A DNA stretch of 64,000 bases from NCBI RefSeq assembly GCF_006345805.1, contig NC_042997.1, forward strand, positions 8,680,001-8,744,000, in the 5' to 3' direction. The position numbers and the translations under genes were made by a program. Under the pieces are notes generated by a model, which saw only the letters and a program-made list of their open reading frames with translations, made no database searches and was not told where the DNA came from. This DNA comes from Octopus sinensis (taxonomy: Eukaryota). This document shows positions 12,806 to 25,664 of the stretch, piece after piece. Every line of letters starts with the position of its first letter. Position 1 is the stretch's first letter.

Positions 12806-13907
12806 TATATATATATATATATATGCTTCTTTATTATCTATCTCTATATCTATATATATTTTATATATATAATATATCTTTATTATCTATCTCTATATCT
12901 ATATATATGCATGCTCACACACACAGACACACACACACACACATACATGCATACATACATAATTGCGTGCGAGTGTGTGTGTGTGAATGTTGAGAATTGT
13001 ACTGAAAGTATGCAACCAAGCAATTTGAAACAAAAGGGGACAAGAAAACAAAAGAAATTTCGATATTGCTTCTTGTTCTTTAATTATGTCCCAGATGAGA
13101 TTCTTGAACTTCTAATAGAAAATTTCTTGATGTCAATAGTTACCATGAGTAACAGTTTTTGCAGTATTAAGCCAGTATTATGAGACAAGAGAAAATTATT
13201 ATGTAGTCACTGAAATTATAAACCTGCATAAATTTTCCTCAAGCAACATAGTAAAAAAATACCCCACTTAAATAACAAAGATCGCTGCTACTCCGGTATG
13301 CAATCAACATAGCCAAAGTGATCTACATGAGTCAAATTCTACTTTAGTTTGTGATCTACATGTTTCATTTATTTATTATGGCTAAAATAAAATATTCTCA
13401 CATTTTTATACACGTATTTAAAAAAAGTTAAAATGAAGCAAATTTGAAACAAGTTTACTTATTTTATAAGCGAATCAAATGAACAGACAAATCAAACATC
13501 AGCTAGAAAAGTGGAAAATAGATAATTAAAATTTTTATATATCTTATACATTCATTATTAAAAAGCAATTAGAATGAAGCAAATTTGAAACAAGTTTACT
13601 AATTTTATCGTTAATACATTTATTATTAAAATTTTATTGTTTAATACGTTTATTATTAAAAACATTTCTAGTTGTAGATCATGATATAAAGGGTAGGTTG
13701 CATACTAAAGCAATTTCATGACACGTAGATTGCAAATTATGCTATTCACTCCTTTTAAATTTGCTGATATTCTTCAGGATTTTGTGGAGGTTGAAGAAAT
13801 AATTTATCTGCAATTAATCAAAATTCTGCAACATATTCTCTTTAGCCTTGGATATGGAAGTGATCCTACCACTACTATCACCACCACAATTCTACATTAA
13901 TGTCAAT

Positions 13908-14113
13908 AATGGTTTCAAATTTTGGCACAAGGCCAGCAAGCAATTTAGGGGAGGGTTAAGTTGATTACTTGACTGGTACTTATTTTATTGCTCCTGAAAG
14001 GATGAAAAGCAAAGTTGACCCCAGCGGCATTTGAACTCAGGAAATAAAGACAGATGAAATGCCACTAGGCACTGTGTCTAGCATGCAAACAATTCTGTCA
14101 GCTCCCTGTCTTA
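13908..14113 (-). mobile_element. tRNA-derived SINE family C
   Basis: Minus strand AAGACAGGGAGCTGACAGAA head, CTGAGTTCAAATGCC B box, TTGTGCCAAAATTTGAAACCAT tail. Confidence 0.8.
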
Positions 14114-14272
14114 TGGAAATGTCAATATTGACAAAAGAAACAGTTCTGTTAATTACCAAAGAGTCGAAAGGAAATCTCATTGACAAAGCAATGTTAGATG
14201 GATAACAAAATTTATGAACCCACGTGAGAAATGATAGCAATAAAAAGGATGGTTTAAGGGAGAATATGTCAT

Positions 14273-14788
14273 ATTACATGGAAAAATGTGAGCATGAAAA
14301 GTAATATTCTTGAGATTATAAACCTAGAAAAGTACAGAACAGGTTATTACACCTGTAAAAGTATAGGACAAGCTATTACTTCTAGTAAAGTAATGAATAA
14401 AAAAAACTTTTTACTTAAAATATTGCAGCAAAGAATGCCAGTTCTTCTAATTTATCACTCTTTACAGTTCTCATCTTTTAGATTTATTGTACAAAACTTC
14501 AGCTAATTTGAAAATTTGTCTAATTAGTCATTTTTTTCTGTACTTAAGGTAGTAAATTAAGCCAAATTCTACTTAAATAAGTATAGTGTTATTAGTAAAC
14601 TATAACAGAATAAGTTTTAATATTCAAATTTTAATTTTAGCTGCAATATTTTAAGTAAAAAGTTTCTTATTCTTTACTAGAAGTAATAGCTTGTCCTATA
14701 CCTTTACAGGTGTAATATTTTGTCCTGTACTTTTCCAGGTTTATAATCTCAAGAATATTACTTTCATGCTTGCATTTTTCCATGTAAT
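14273..14788. mobile_element. MITE/foldback-like element with ~150-bp terminal inverted repeats
   Basis: 14273-14429 is the near-identical reverse complement of 14640-14788; AT-rich noncoding core. Confidence 0.8.
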
Positions 14789-15327
14789 TCATGATTTTTC
14801 CAGGCATTGCTGTTATAAGATAATTAATAATATGTCAATTAATAATTTAAGATTTTACCTTATAAAATACTGAAAGGTAATATTTTAATTTTTTTCTTGT
14901 TTAATTTAAATATATGCTGTGATTGAATTATTTGATATTTGCCTATCCACACCAAATTAATGTCAGGGATTTTTACTATGTTGTTGATTGCACCTTGGCT
15001 CACCAAATGTTACAAACAAGACCTCAAAACTATCAGTTACCAGGCTCACCTTAGGTAGCTTAATTTTGCAATATTTGGAGATTACAGGAATTCATTCAAC
15101 GAAAAAGAAATATCCAATGATTCTGGGATTGGGGGATGAGCCATGATATAGCCTTCTGAAATAAATTCACTTGGTAGATTTAAAATCTTATGGTTCAAGT
15201 TTGTTTGACTGACAACCAGCTGAAAATAGCAGCTCCATATGAAGGTTCTTGAAAGTAGGGTTAAAATTGGCCAATAAGAAAATCAACCTTCTATGTTAAA
15301 AAAAATAACTCTAGTTTTATATATATA

Positions 15328-15717
15328 CTAGCAGTATTACCTGGTGTTGCTTGGGTTTGTTTCGACCCTTTAGAATTGGAATTTTTGAAAAGTAAAAATT
15401 TTGCATTATACAACTTGTTATTTCTTTTCACGTGAACATTTTTCTGGTTGAAATACACCGAAAAATGGTGACACAGCAGTCAAAAATCGTAAAAAACAGG
15501 GATTTTCATAGAAAAAAAGTACCTTTTTGATGTAAATAATTTTTGGTGTTAACATGGTCCGATTTGAATTTTATCTTCTTCAGAATGAAGACCAAGCCTT
15601 CTTCTATCATACTCTCAATTTTGGTCAACTTGCACTGCAGGGTCTCGAAGGAGATAGTGTTAGTTGAAGGCTACCAAACCTGCCACACACAGACAACTTC
15701 AGCTTTATATATATAGA
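15328..15717 (-). mobile_element. Non-autonomous Helitron
   Basis: Minus strand starts TCTATATATATAAAGCTG and ends with a subterminal hairpin plus CTAG, between A and T; second copy at 28316-28704. Confidence 0.85.
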
Positions 15718-16451
15718 TTTGCTACTCACTACTTTCCATCCTTAATAATGAAACTTGGTAGATCCAAAAGTTAAACACACAGACACACATGCAGATACAC
15801 AAGTTGAGTTTTATATAAGTAGATTTCTCAACGGGGATTTCAGGGGCAGATTTTCAGGGAGTCGCTGGCGATGTATCGTGATGATCAAATATCCGGCCTC
15901 CTAAAATTTGGTTAAAGTGATTCAAACTGCAGACTCAACGCAAAATGGTCACGTTTAATTCATAGCGTTAAAAATGTTATGAAAACAATTGGTATGTGTT
16001 CACAAAGACCAAACGATTAATATGAAAAAACCCTCCAGGCTACATCCCGAAAATTCCTTTCTTTGTTGAATTTCTACAATGTTTACGGTGATTCGTTTTT
16101 ATATCTTGAATTTTTATTTTTCATGCAATTTACGCATGCTCGCACGTGTGGTGAACACAGTTCATGTCAAACAGCTGACTGAGTAAAGTTCACTATTCAA
16201 TGCATGGGATAAGGCCTAAACAAACACATTATCGATTTTTGCACTTGCGAGATGAATTTCGGAACAGAAATAGCGCAGTTCAATTTTCATTCGCCTAAAC
16301 TTTAAGTGACCCATTTTTGGTGGTTCTACGATTTGTTGGCTAGGAGGAGATGTGCCGAGAAGTTAAACACACAGACACACACACAGATACACACACAGAC
16401 ACACACACAGATACACACACAGACACACAAGTTGAGTTTTATATATATAGA
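15718..16451 (-). mobile_element. Two further Helitron-type 5' modules (5' TC ends at 15823 and 16451)
   Basis: Both begin TCTA..TATATAAAACTCAACTTGTGT on the minus strand with an internal (CA)-rich tract; CpG-rich body; no CTAG end of their own found. Confidence 0.6.
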
Positions 16452-16600
16452 TATGTGTGTGTGTGTGTATTTAAAATTTTGGACTAATGGGTATATGTTT
16501 ATTAGTGTGTTGAAGTGTACTGAGTAAAGCACTGGCACAGGTGTCATCCACAGTTCGGGTATATTTCAGGAACACCACAGTGTTAGTTGAGATACTTATA

Positions 16601-16761
16601 ATAATTTCTAAAGTAACCAGAAGAGGGATTTAGTATTAATCTTTATTTTATACAATGGCTGTTTTGACCAGTCCTGCTACTGTCCCTTATGGGTGCAAAA
16701 CGACTGTTGTACAAAATAAAGATTAATACCAAATCCATCGTCTTGTTCCTTAAGGAATTAT
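16601..16761. repeat. Imperfect inverted repeat (~70-bp arms), MITE-like
   Basis: GATTTAGTATTAATCTTTATTTTATACAA pairs with TTGTACAAAATAAAGATTAATACCAAATC; spacer about 22 bp. Confidence 0.75.
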
Positions 16762-16780
16762 TATTTATATATATATATAT

Positions 16781-17075
16781 TTTATTGAGTGAAAAAATCT
16801 TAAGCTCAACAAGGCTCCACTAGCGGGGGGGGGGGCGAACCCTGCTGTACTCTTTCACCACAACTTTCTCTCATTCTTTCTTCTGGTTTCTGTTGTACCT
16901 GTATTTCAAAGGGCCAGCTTTGTCACACTCTGTGCCATGCTGAATCTGCCCGAGAACTATGTTAAGCGTACACATGTCTGTGGAGTGCTCACACACTTGC
17001 ACTTTGATTTCATGAGCAGACTGTTCCATTCATCGGATCAACTGGAACCCTCGTCATCATAACTCACTGAGTGCA
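16781..17075 (+). mobile_element. 5'-truncated SINE, family A body with a different tail
   Basis: TTTATTGAGTGAAAA...CCCTGCTGTACTCTTTCACCACAACTTTCTCTC body as in 690-1000; tail TTTCAAAGGG...GGAACCCTCGTC matches the reverse complement of 26233-26410. Confidence 0.7.
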
Positions 17076-17093
17076 ATGATATATATATATATA

Positions 17094-17570
17094 TCATCAT
17101 CATCATCATCATCATCATTTAGCGTCCGTTTTCCATGCTAGCATGGGTTGGACGGTTCTACTGGGGTCTGTGAAGCCAGAAGGCTTCATCAGGCCCAGTC
17201 AAATCTGGCAGTGTTTCTACGGCTGGATGCCCTTCCTAACGCCAACCACTCCGTGAGTGTAGTGGGTGCTTTTTACTGCCACCCGCACTGGTGCCAGACA
17301 GAGCTGGCAAACGGCCACGAACGGATGGTGCTTTTTATGTGCCACCGGCACGAGGGCCAGGCGAGGCTGGCAACGGACACGAAACGGGGCGGTGCTGGCA
17401 ACGGTCGCGAAACGGAAGTTCTCTTACATGCCACCGGCACTGGTAACACATCTGCAATTTCCATTGATCGATTTCGATTCTGATCCTCACTTGCCTCAAT
17501 GGGTCTTCACAAGCAGAGTTTCGACATGCCATATGGTAGCACATCCGCAATTCCATTGATCGATTTCGAT

Positions 17571-17576
<6 letters not shown>
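17094..17576 (-). mobile_element. RTE LINE 3' UTR fragment, (GAT)n tail
   Basis: Near-identical terminus to 8594-8770; about 2.5 units of the ~61-bp repeat, plus a 44-bp direct repeat (17441-17484 / 17534-17576). Confidence 0.85.
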
Positions 17577-17606
<30 letters not shown>

Positions 17607-18589
17607 GTATATACATATATATATATATTTATATATATATGTATATATATGTATATATATATATTTACGTTTGCTTGTGTATGTGATCTTTGCATTTACA
17701 TTTATACTTATCTTCATTATCTCTTAGTTATTACTAGTTTTCAACTGAGATATTAATATAGCTTGCCATTAAGTTTATTCTATTCTAAAATGTACCTATT
17801 TTTAATTTCGTTTTACTTAGGCACTAGCTCATTACTATTGCAGTTTTCCATATGTATTATGAATATATAACAAGTGATTTTTTGTTCTGTCTTATGCTGA
17901 TTTAGAATTTTAAATTCTGTTCAATTTGAACTTTAAATATTTTTTCTCTTGAGTTAATTATCTTTTAACTCTTATACCTGTTAAATTATAGTTTATTTTA
18001 TCCTATTGCACTCCTTGCATAATTATCATTATATTTTGTTAGCTTCTTTCTATCTTCTGAAAACTCAGAAATTGTTTTTTCATATCTCTTATAGTTTTTG
18101 TGGTGCTCTATAAAAAGATGGTGGTTGAATTTCCCCTGTGTTCAATATTTCCTGATACTTTTAAGATTCTCTGTTTGACTCTAATTTCCTAGCTGTCTGT
18201 CAATCAAACTTTCTTTTCACCATTAAATTTTATATCTCTCCTCTGTATGCTTTATAAAAGGCTAGATTCAGGTTTATCTTGACTTTTAGCTGCTTCTCTT
18301 TGAGCAACTTTTTCTTTGCTAATATCTTGATTTTTTTATCTTGAAAGTATTATATTTCTCATTTGAACTATGTATAAAAAGATGTTGACTTCAAATACAT
18401 ATCCATTCATACATTTGAAAATATACAAAGTAGTAACTCTTCTACTATAAGACATTAGTTCTTATATATATATACATATAAATATTGATAAAAATGGTAA
18501 GACAACAAAAGAAAGAAAGAGACCTCGCTATTATGTAAATACAGGAATTCATCTGTAAATGTAATATGTGACAATTATTCGGTAACCAT

Positions 18590-18628
18590 GATAAAACTCC
18601 GAGTGTCGCTACCATCTCTTCAGTTATC
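18590..18628 (-). ncRNA. Minimal type I hammerhead ribozyme-like motif (one core substitution)
   Basis: Minus strand GATAA-CTGAAGA-G ATGGTAG C-GAC-ACTCGGAGT-T-TTATC: stem I GATAA/TTATC, CUGANGA core, near-palindromic stem III, GUU site; GAA replaced by GAC. Confidence 0.55.
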
Positions 18629-18703
18629 TGGCCATCGGAAAAAATCTACTATATATATATATATATATATATATATTTGCCTAATAGTGGTTTTATCTCT
18701 AAT

Positions 18704-18762
<59 letters not shown>

Positions 18763-18767
18763 TACAC

Positions 18768-18834
<67 letters not shown>

Positions 18835-18959
18835 TATGTATATATATTTAAGAACTAATGTCATACAGCAGAAGAGTTACTACATTGTATATTTTCAAGT
18901 GTGTAAATGGATGTGTATTTGAAGTCGTATGTGTATATGTGCATGTGTGTGTGTGTGTA

Positions 18960-18996
<37 letters not shown>

Positions 18997-18998
<2 letters not shown>

Positions 18999-20010
18999 CC
19001 AGGAAGGTTAAGAGAGAAAGTAGCCTTTGTGTGTATCTGTTGTGTCAGAACAATAAACACTAAGAATGCACAGGAAACAGATTTCTTCAAATGCCCCAGG
19101 AGATCCTTAGAAGTAACAGAGAATTTCTGTTACCTAAGTGATCAAATTAGCAATGGGGGAGGTTGTTCTGAATGCATAGCTGTTAGGTATAGGAATGGCT
19201 GTGTGGTAAGTAGCTTGCTTACTAACCACATGGTTCCGGGTTCAGTCCCACTGCGTGGCACCTTGGGCAAGTGTCTTCTACTATAGCCTCGGGTTTACCA
19301 AAGCCTTGTGAGTGGATTTGGTAGACAGAAACTGAAAGAAGCCCGTCATATATATGTATATATATGTATATGTGTGTATATGTTTGTGTGTCTATGTTTG
19401 TCTCCCCAACATTGCTTGAGAACCGATGCTGATAGAATAAGTACTAGGCTTACAAAGAATAAGTCCTGGGGTTGACTAAAGGCAGTTCTCCAGTATGACC
19501 ACAGTCAAATGACTGAAACAAGTAAAAGAGTAAAAGAGTAAAAAGAGAATTATAACTAGCCCAGAGAGCTATTGCCTTTGTTGGTAACAGTGGGCTGCTC
19601 CCTTAGAGTGAAAGGCAGTTTTTATGATACATGTATGGAAAGTTATACTACATAGTACTGAAACATGGGCTGTGACTATAGACTATATGTGAAGACTTGA
19701 AAGAAATGAACCAGCATGCTCCACTGGATGTGCAATGTCAGTGGACACAGACGACAAATTGTTAATATTTTGAGAGAAAAATTAGATATAAGGGGCATCA
19801 GATGTAGTATGCAAAGGGAAGATTGCACTGGCATAGACATGTGATGCACATGAATGAGGACAGCTGCATAAAGAAATGCTGATTCCTAAATGTGGAGGGA
19901 ACCTGTAGAAGAGAACCACCCAGGAAGACATGTGATGAAGTGGTGATAAATGACCTTCAGATGCTAAGCTTCACAAGGAAGATTACAAACGACTGAGATT
20001 ACAAAGGATC
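18997..20010 (+). mobile_element. RTE LINE RT C-terminal fragment interrupted by a SINE
   Basis: LEVTENFCYLSDQISNGGGCSECIAVR, then after the SINE ELLPLLVTVG.SLRVKG...STETWAVT...WMCNVS..REKLDIRGIRC. Confidence 0.85.
19185..19547 (+). mobile_element. tRNA-derived SINE family B nested in RTE
   Basis: Complete head, CORE-like block and (GTAAAAGA)n tail; RTE coding remnants resume after it. Confidence 0.9.
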
Positions 20011-20364
20011 TCTTCCCCACAACATTGTCTCTTAATTCTCTCCCTCCTTGTACCTGTGCCCACTCATTACATTTCCTTCTCCCTCTAACATACTCCTTTT
20101 GCAAACTCATGAGCTCAAATATCCATCTCACCCCATCCAATCGCAGTCCATTTCTCTATATACATTCTCCTGTACCTTGATGTATGCCACCTCCTACCCC
20201 ACTCACATCTTTACCATCTTTCCTCTCTCTCTCTCCTCTCTCTCCCTCCTCACTTTCCTCACTCACCATTCTCTGCTCACCAGAAGTAGCTATGTTTCTC
20301 CTCTAATGCTAGACACCTTTTTCTGTCCGTCAATGCTTCTCCCCTCAGTTAGTTGACAGAGCTT

Positions 20365-20560
20365 GTCTTGCAAGTTACCTAGTGATTTCACTGCTGCTGG
20401 TGCCATGTAAAATGCCCATGTACCATCTGTAAAATGGTTAGCAGTAGAAAGAGCATTTAGCAGTAGAAATCATCCCAAAGCAGACAACAGAGCTAGATGC
20501 AGACTTCTAACTTGTCAGTTCCTGTCAAACCAGCAAACCCATGCCAGTATAGAAAATTAT
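20365..20560 (+). mobile_element. Degenerate RTE 3' UTR-family fragment
   Basis: GGTGCCATGTAAAA...AACCCATGCCAGTATAGAAAATTATGAT resembles the (GAT)n-tail family. Confidence 0.55.
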
Positions 20561-20887
20561 GATAATAGCATGAACAGGATAAACTATCCATATATTACAG
20601 TAAAAATTGTTACTGGCCAGCCATGAGACTCAAACTCACATCCCTGTGATTACGTGTCAAGTGCTTTACTACAGAACATAAAGACAGACAAAATGCTGCT
20701 AAACATTTTGTCCAACTGGCTAATGATTCTGCTGGTTCACCATATTATGATATATTGTAATAACAAATAAGAAGAATGAAGTGTGCAAATCATTTTATTT
20801 CTTCAATCGTTTCTTCTTTTTTCAATACAGGTTTACATGCACCAGAAATTATTGTATACACTTTAGATAGCTAGCTAAGTAGCTAGA

Positions 20888-21400
20888 TATGTTTCTTTAT
20901 TAGCCACACAGGGCTGAACACAGAGGGGACAAATTATAAAGTAGAGCTTTTCTTTTTGGGGAGAGAAAAAAAAAGAAAAAAGCGGGGTAGGTTTTCGATC
21001 AAAAGGGATCATAAAAAAAACAATCAATAGGGATCAGGTATCACAGAAATGTCATGATGTAAAGTGTAAAGGGGAAAACAGATAAGGTTTATCCATGGAA
21101 AGAAAAACCTACGGAAAAGACCATGGTAACCTCGGTCAATAATGTCACATGTTAACACATTTATTTGCAAGTAAGTAACTCTCTGTTTTGAATTTTTCCG
21201 GGTTCATAGGATTATGCTCAAGGTGGCTTTGTCATTCATACGTGCCATCCTTGCTACATACACCCATCTCTTTTTTGAAACATTCGCTAGAAAAAAACTT
21301 GCCTCTCTACTCTCACTTTCCTTTTCAAGTGATACTTGAGGAAGTTAATGAGAGATTGACCCAAGAGGAAAGTGTTTGTCTAGATAGATTGCAGCACTGG
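20888..21400 (-). mobile_element. Tx1/L1-like LINE 3' end
   Basis: Minus strand ends TTTGTCCCCTCTGTGTTCAGCCCTGTGTGGCTAATAAAGAAAC after a T-rich UTR; upstream coding remnant HLKRKVRVERQ; same 3' end at 52034-52277. Clade assignment is an inference. Confidence 0.6.
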
Positions 21401-21734
21401 TGGGTGTTTGTCTGGGTGCATGTGTTGGTTGGTTGGTTGGTTGGTTAGGAGCAGATAGATGGACATGCAAGGAGGGAGACAATAGATAAAAGAAAGGGAA
21501 CAAGCTCAAATAAAAGAAGTAAAACAATGAAGAAATCTCTTCAATAATTTCAGAAATTAGAAAGCAGACATATTCTTTTAGAGATGTGTAAGTGGGGAAA
21601 TATGATATGAATGTACTAAATACACACACATACAAACATACAGATAATTATCATTCTGTCTATCTATTTCTCTGTTTGTCTGTCAATCTATCAATCCATT
21701 TCTCCCTCTACGTGTGTGTGTGCTTGGATGTATA

Positions 21735-21950
21735 CAAAGGGGTGCTGAAAACTTCTTGGCTTTAAGGGTATCTCGAAAGGCCTGGCTGGGGTCTAAACTT
21801 ACAAGTTCTTTTACAGGGCATAGACAAACTGAAGGACTGTTGCAATAGGTGTGTGAATCAAAGAGGGGAATATGTTGAATAAAATCATAATTAACTGACC
21901 TTCCTGTATTTTCTTTTACACAAAGCCAAGAACATTTCAGCAACCCCTCA
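21735..21950 (+). mobile_element. Mariner-derived internally deleted element (~216 bp)
   Basis: TA-flanked TIRs CAAAGGGGTGCTGAAAACTTCTTGGCTTT / TGAGGGGTTGCTGAAATGTTCTTGGCTTT; retains the mariner C-terminus GIDKLKDCCNRCVNQRGEYVE*. Confidence 0.8.
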
Positions 21951-22000
21951 TATGTAAATGTGTGTGTCTATGTGTGTGTGTATATATATATGTATATTGT

Positions 22001-22527
22001 AGGGTGACCTGCTGTGCTTGAGACCTATTGAGTCAAGTACATCAACATCAAAATAAATATCAAATGAAAATTGTAGTCGTGATACCTGTGCTGGAGGCAC
22101 ATAAAAAGCACCATCCGAACATGGCCAATGCCAGTGCTGCCTTGACCGGCTTCTGTGCTGGTGGCATGTAAAGGTACCAACTGATTGCGGACACTGCCAG
22201 CCTTCCTTGGCACCTGTGCTGGTGACACGTAAAAAGCACCATCCAAATGTGGCCGATGCCAGAGCTGCCTTGACTGGCTTCTGTGCCGGTGGCACATAAA
22301 AAGCACCAACTGATCAAGGCCGCTGCCAGCCTCTCCTGGCACCTGCGCCAGTGACACGTAAAAACTACCCACTACATTCACTGAGTGGTTGGTGTTAGGA
22401 AGGGCATCCAGCTGTAGAAACACTGCCAGATCAGACTGAAACCCGGTGCAGCCACCTGGCTTCCCAGACCCCAGTCGAACCGTCCAACCCATGCTAGCAT
22501 GGAAAACGGACGTTAAACGATGATGAT
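22001..22527 (+). mobile_element. RTE LINE 3' end with ~5 divergent internal repeats
   Basis: Repeated GGCACATAAAAAGCACC units; terminus CCAACCCATGCTAGCATGGAAAACGGACGTTAAACGATGATGAT. Confidence 0.85.
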
Positions 22528-22729
22528 ATATACTTACACATACGCACATATAATTAAAAATATACATTTAGAAAGGACATCACCAGCAAGTGAAAAATAT
22601 ATAAACGCACAACAGATAAGTACAGGATAAGTACAAAAAAAATGCACATTAGGTACAGAATATTACCCATGAGTGAAAAATACATAAACTCACAAAGATA
22701 AGAACAAGACAAAATACCAAAAGAAGTCT

Positions 22730-23358
22730 AACTACACATACACACACACACACATACATATATACATGCACACACATATATATATATGTGTGTGTGTGTG
22801 TATTTATATACTCACACTCTCAAACACAGACATATATGAAAAGACAGAGAGTGAGAGAGACAGACAAACAGATAAACAGACTGAAAGATAGATAAATAGA
22901 TAGATAGAGAGAGAGATATATAAACAATTATGCAGATATATACATTATAGCACATACATAGTTATAAATATGAATCCTGGAATATCTAATTCATGCACCT
23001 AGCTCTTATGTAAACCATCAATAATGGCACCTTTAACAACTTCAGTTTTGTGGTTATTTCCATTTTTTTGACTAAATGTACCAGAAACAAGACCACTATA
23101 ACGTATCATTTGCATTTTTACTTATGTGAATATATTGAGAATATATACATCATTTAAATAATGAAAATGTATAGTTTTACAGAGTTAATAGTATTACCTT
23201 TTGTAAAAGTTTAAAAGGATATTAAATACTTTTCAGATAATATTTCAGTCATTTTTTTTCTTCTACATTATGTAAGCTTACAAACACACATTTATTTCCA
23301 GACACACATACATACATACATACATACATACATACATACATACATACATACATACAAA

Positions 23359-23416
<58 letters not shown>

Positions 23417-23525
23417 CACACAAATATTATGAGTGTGTTTGTGTGTATCTATGTGTGTGAATATATATATATATATGTATATATATATGTATATATGTAT
23501 ATATATATGTATATATATATATATG

Positions 23526-23599
<74 letters not shown>

Positions 23600-23640
23600 A
23601 TACATATTCATATATTATGTAATTAGAAAATGTGGTTATG
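22730..23640. repeat. Microsatellite-rich tract (CA)n,(TA)n,(TACA)n,(GATA)n
   Basis: Directly visible. Confidence 0.9.
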
Positions 23641-24842
23641 CATGTATGTATGCACATACATTTATTATATACATATATATTCATGTGTGTGCATGTGCGC
23701 GTGCGTGTGCGTGTAGATAATATCATTTCTGAATTGTTATACACCCATTTATTTCAACTATGATACCTCATCAATTTTGTTCTAAGTTAGATATTATAGC
23801 CCAATGCAATTTATATATTTTATAGAAAGTGATTCATTGCTGCGATCAGGCCAATGGCCACCTAACTGTGAGAGGTTGTGGTTTTAAGTCATTGATAAAA
23901 ATTTGCATCAAAGCGACACAAACCATCTCTTGAAACAAAAGAGACAATAAGCAAGATTATTCGTATGAGATACATTCTAAAAGGGCTTTATTTACCTATA
24001 ATAATATATAATCTAAATAGTCAAAGAGCAGCAATTGATATTGTTATTTACCAGTAGCTGTTGTAATTTAATGATAACTTATGCTACGGACCGTATATAT
24101 TTTATGGCAAATTGCTGAAGTAAATTACACAAAATGAGTTTTCAAAAGAGATCCGTTCCATTGTCTTAAATTCAGCAGTAAAAGCTGCAAATAAAACTCT
24201 GGAATGGTTTATCATTTTCTAAACTAACCACCCTGAAGTCGTTTTGAATAATTTGACAAAGTAGTTGCTTGCAGATGCATAGACTGTATCAAGTTAATGT
24301 ATTGGCTTTTCCTTGAAGATTTACTTTTCTGTCTTCATATTTCTTGTTCTTCAATGTATCGGTTAGTACTGTAGTAGCACAGTATCATCCACCATTGCTC
24401 TATTTCCAAAGATGTTTAAGGAAGAAGACACATAGATAACTTCATATAATTATTATGAAGAAATACAAGCTGTCATTGGTGAGAAAATGGTAATGTATGA
24501 GGGAAGTAAAGCATTCTGAGGTTGAAAATTAAAGCCACATGTGCACATGACGACTGAAGTACTAAACAAAGAAAACAATTGTGATTGCATTTTTTACTGA
24601 TTCTAAGTTAGTTGGTTGAGACCAACCTAGTATTATTAAACTGGAAATCTAAAAATATTACCTTTTTCTCATTTTATCTTCCTCATTAATTTTAACTCCT
24701 CCAGTTATCTTTATTCTGTATGACTCTTAACTTCCTGTAAGTTACACTTCTAGATTATTCTTCTATATTTTTACTAGTAACTGCTGATCCATCATGATCT
24801 CAATCTTAACATTAACTGTTTATTAACTCCACCCAAATTTTA

Positions 24843-25198
24843 GTGGTTGTGTGGTAAGAGGTTTACTTCCCACCCACCTGATTTCGGGATCAGTCCCACT
24901 TCATGGCACCGGGTACAATGGCCTTTTACTATAGGTTGGAGCTGACCAAAACGTTGTGAGTGTTTGATAGACAGAAACTGAAATGTATATATTCGTGTGT
25001 GTGTGGTTTTGTTTGTTTCACTCTACCACTTCACTCTACCGCTTTTTGTATGTCCTCTTTCAGCAGTTTGGAAAAAAGATAGCAATAGAATAAGTAATAG
25101 GCTTAAAAATATAAGTACAGGGGTCGATTCGCTTGACTAAACACTTCAAGGTGCTTCCCCAGCATGACCACAGTCCAATGACTGAAACAAGTAAATAA
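24843..25198 (+). mobile_element. Degenerate SINE family B
   Basis: GGTTGTGTGGTAAG head, CAGTCCCACT, GACAGAAACTGAAA, ATGACTGAAACAAGTAAA tail. Confidence 0.7.
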
Positions 25199-25329
25199 TT
25201 CCCATTTCTCTTTTCCAAGATAATCTTGGTTCATAAGGTTCCTTGTTTCAATTCAGACACAAGGATCATCATCATTTTAACATCCACTAAGCCACGTGCT
25301 TTCACAATATATATATATATATGTTCAAT

Positions 25330-25398
25330 TTCTTCTTCTTCTTCTCTTCTTCTTCTTCTTCTCTTCTTCTTCTTCTTCTTCTTCTTCTTCTTCTTCCC
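25330..25398. repeat. (TTC)n microsatellite
   Basis: Directly visible. Confidence 0.95.
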
Positions 25399-25664
25399 TA
25401 CCAAGAATTCACATGGACCTCAAACCCACAAGAGTAAACAAGAGAGACAAAGTCAGGCAGAAACAAGGGAGATGCCACTTGTATTTCAACACTATACAAG
25501 TATTCTTTTTAAAAAACTTTTCTTTTAATTTTTCTAAATTTAATTGTTTTCCATACTTACAGTTGACTGAAACTGGTACTGAAATGTTTTTTATAAAATT
25601 ATTTTAGCATTTTCTATCTTGACTTTTTTTCCATATATATATATATATATATACACTTCACTTT

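Noticed and set aside
17690-18400. Possible PLE N-terminal coding remnants here and at 42280-42720 (minus strand)
   Set aside because: Lys/Glu-rich, stop-ridden translations without diagnostic motifs; too weak to call.
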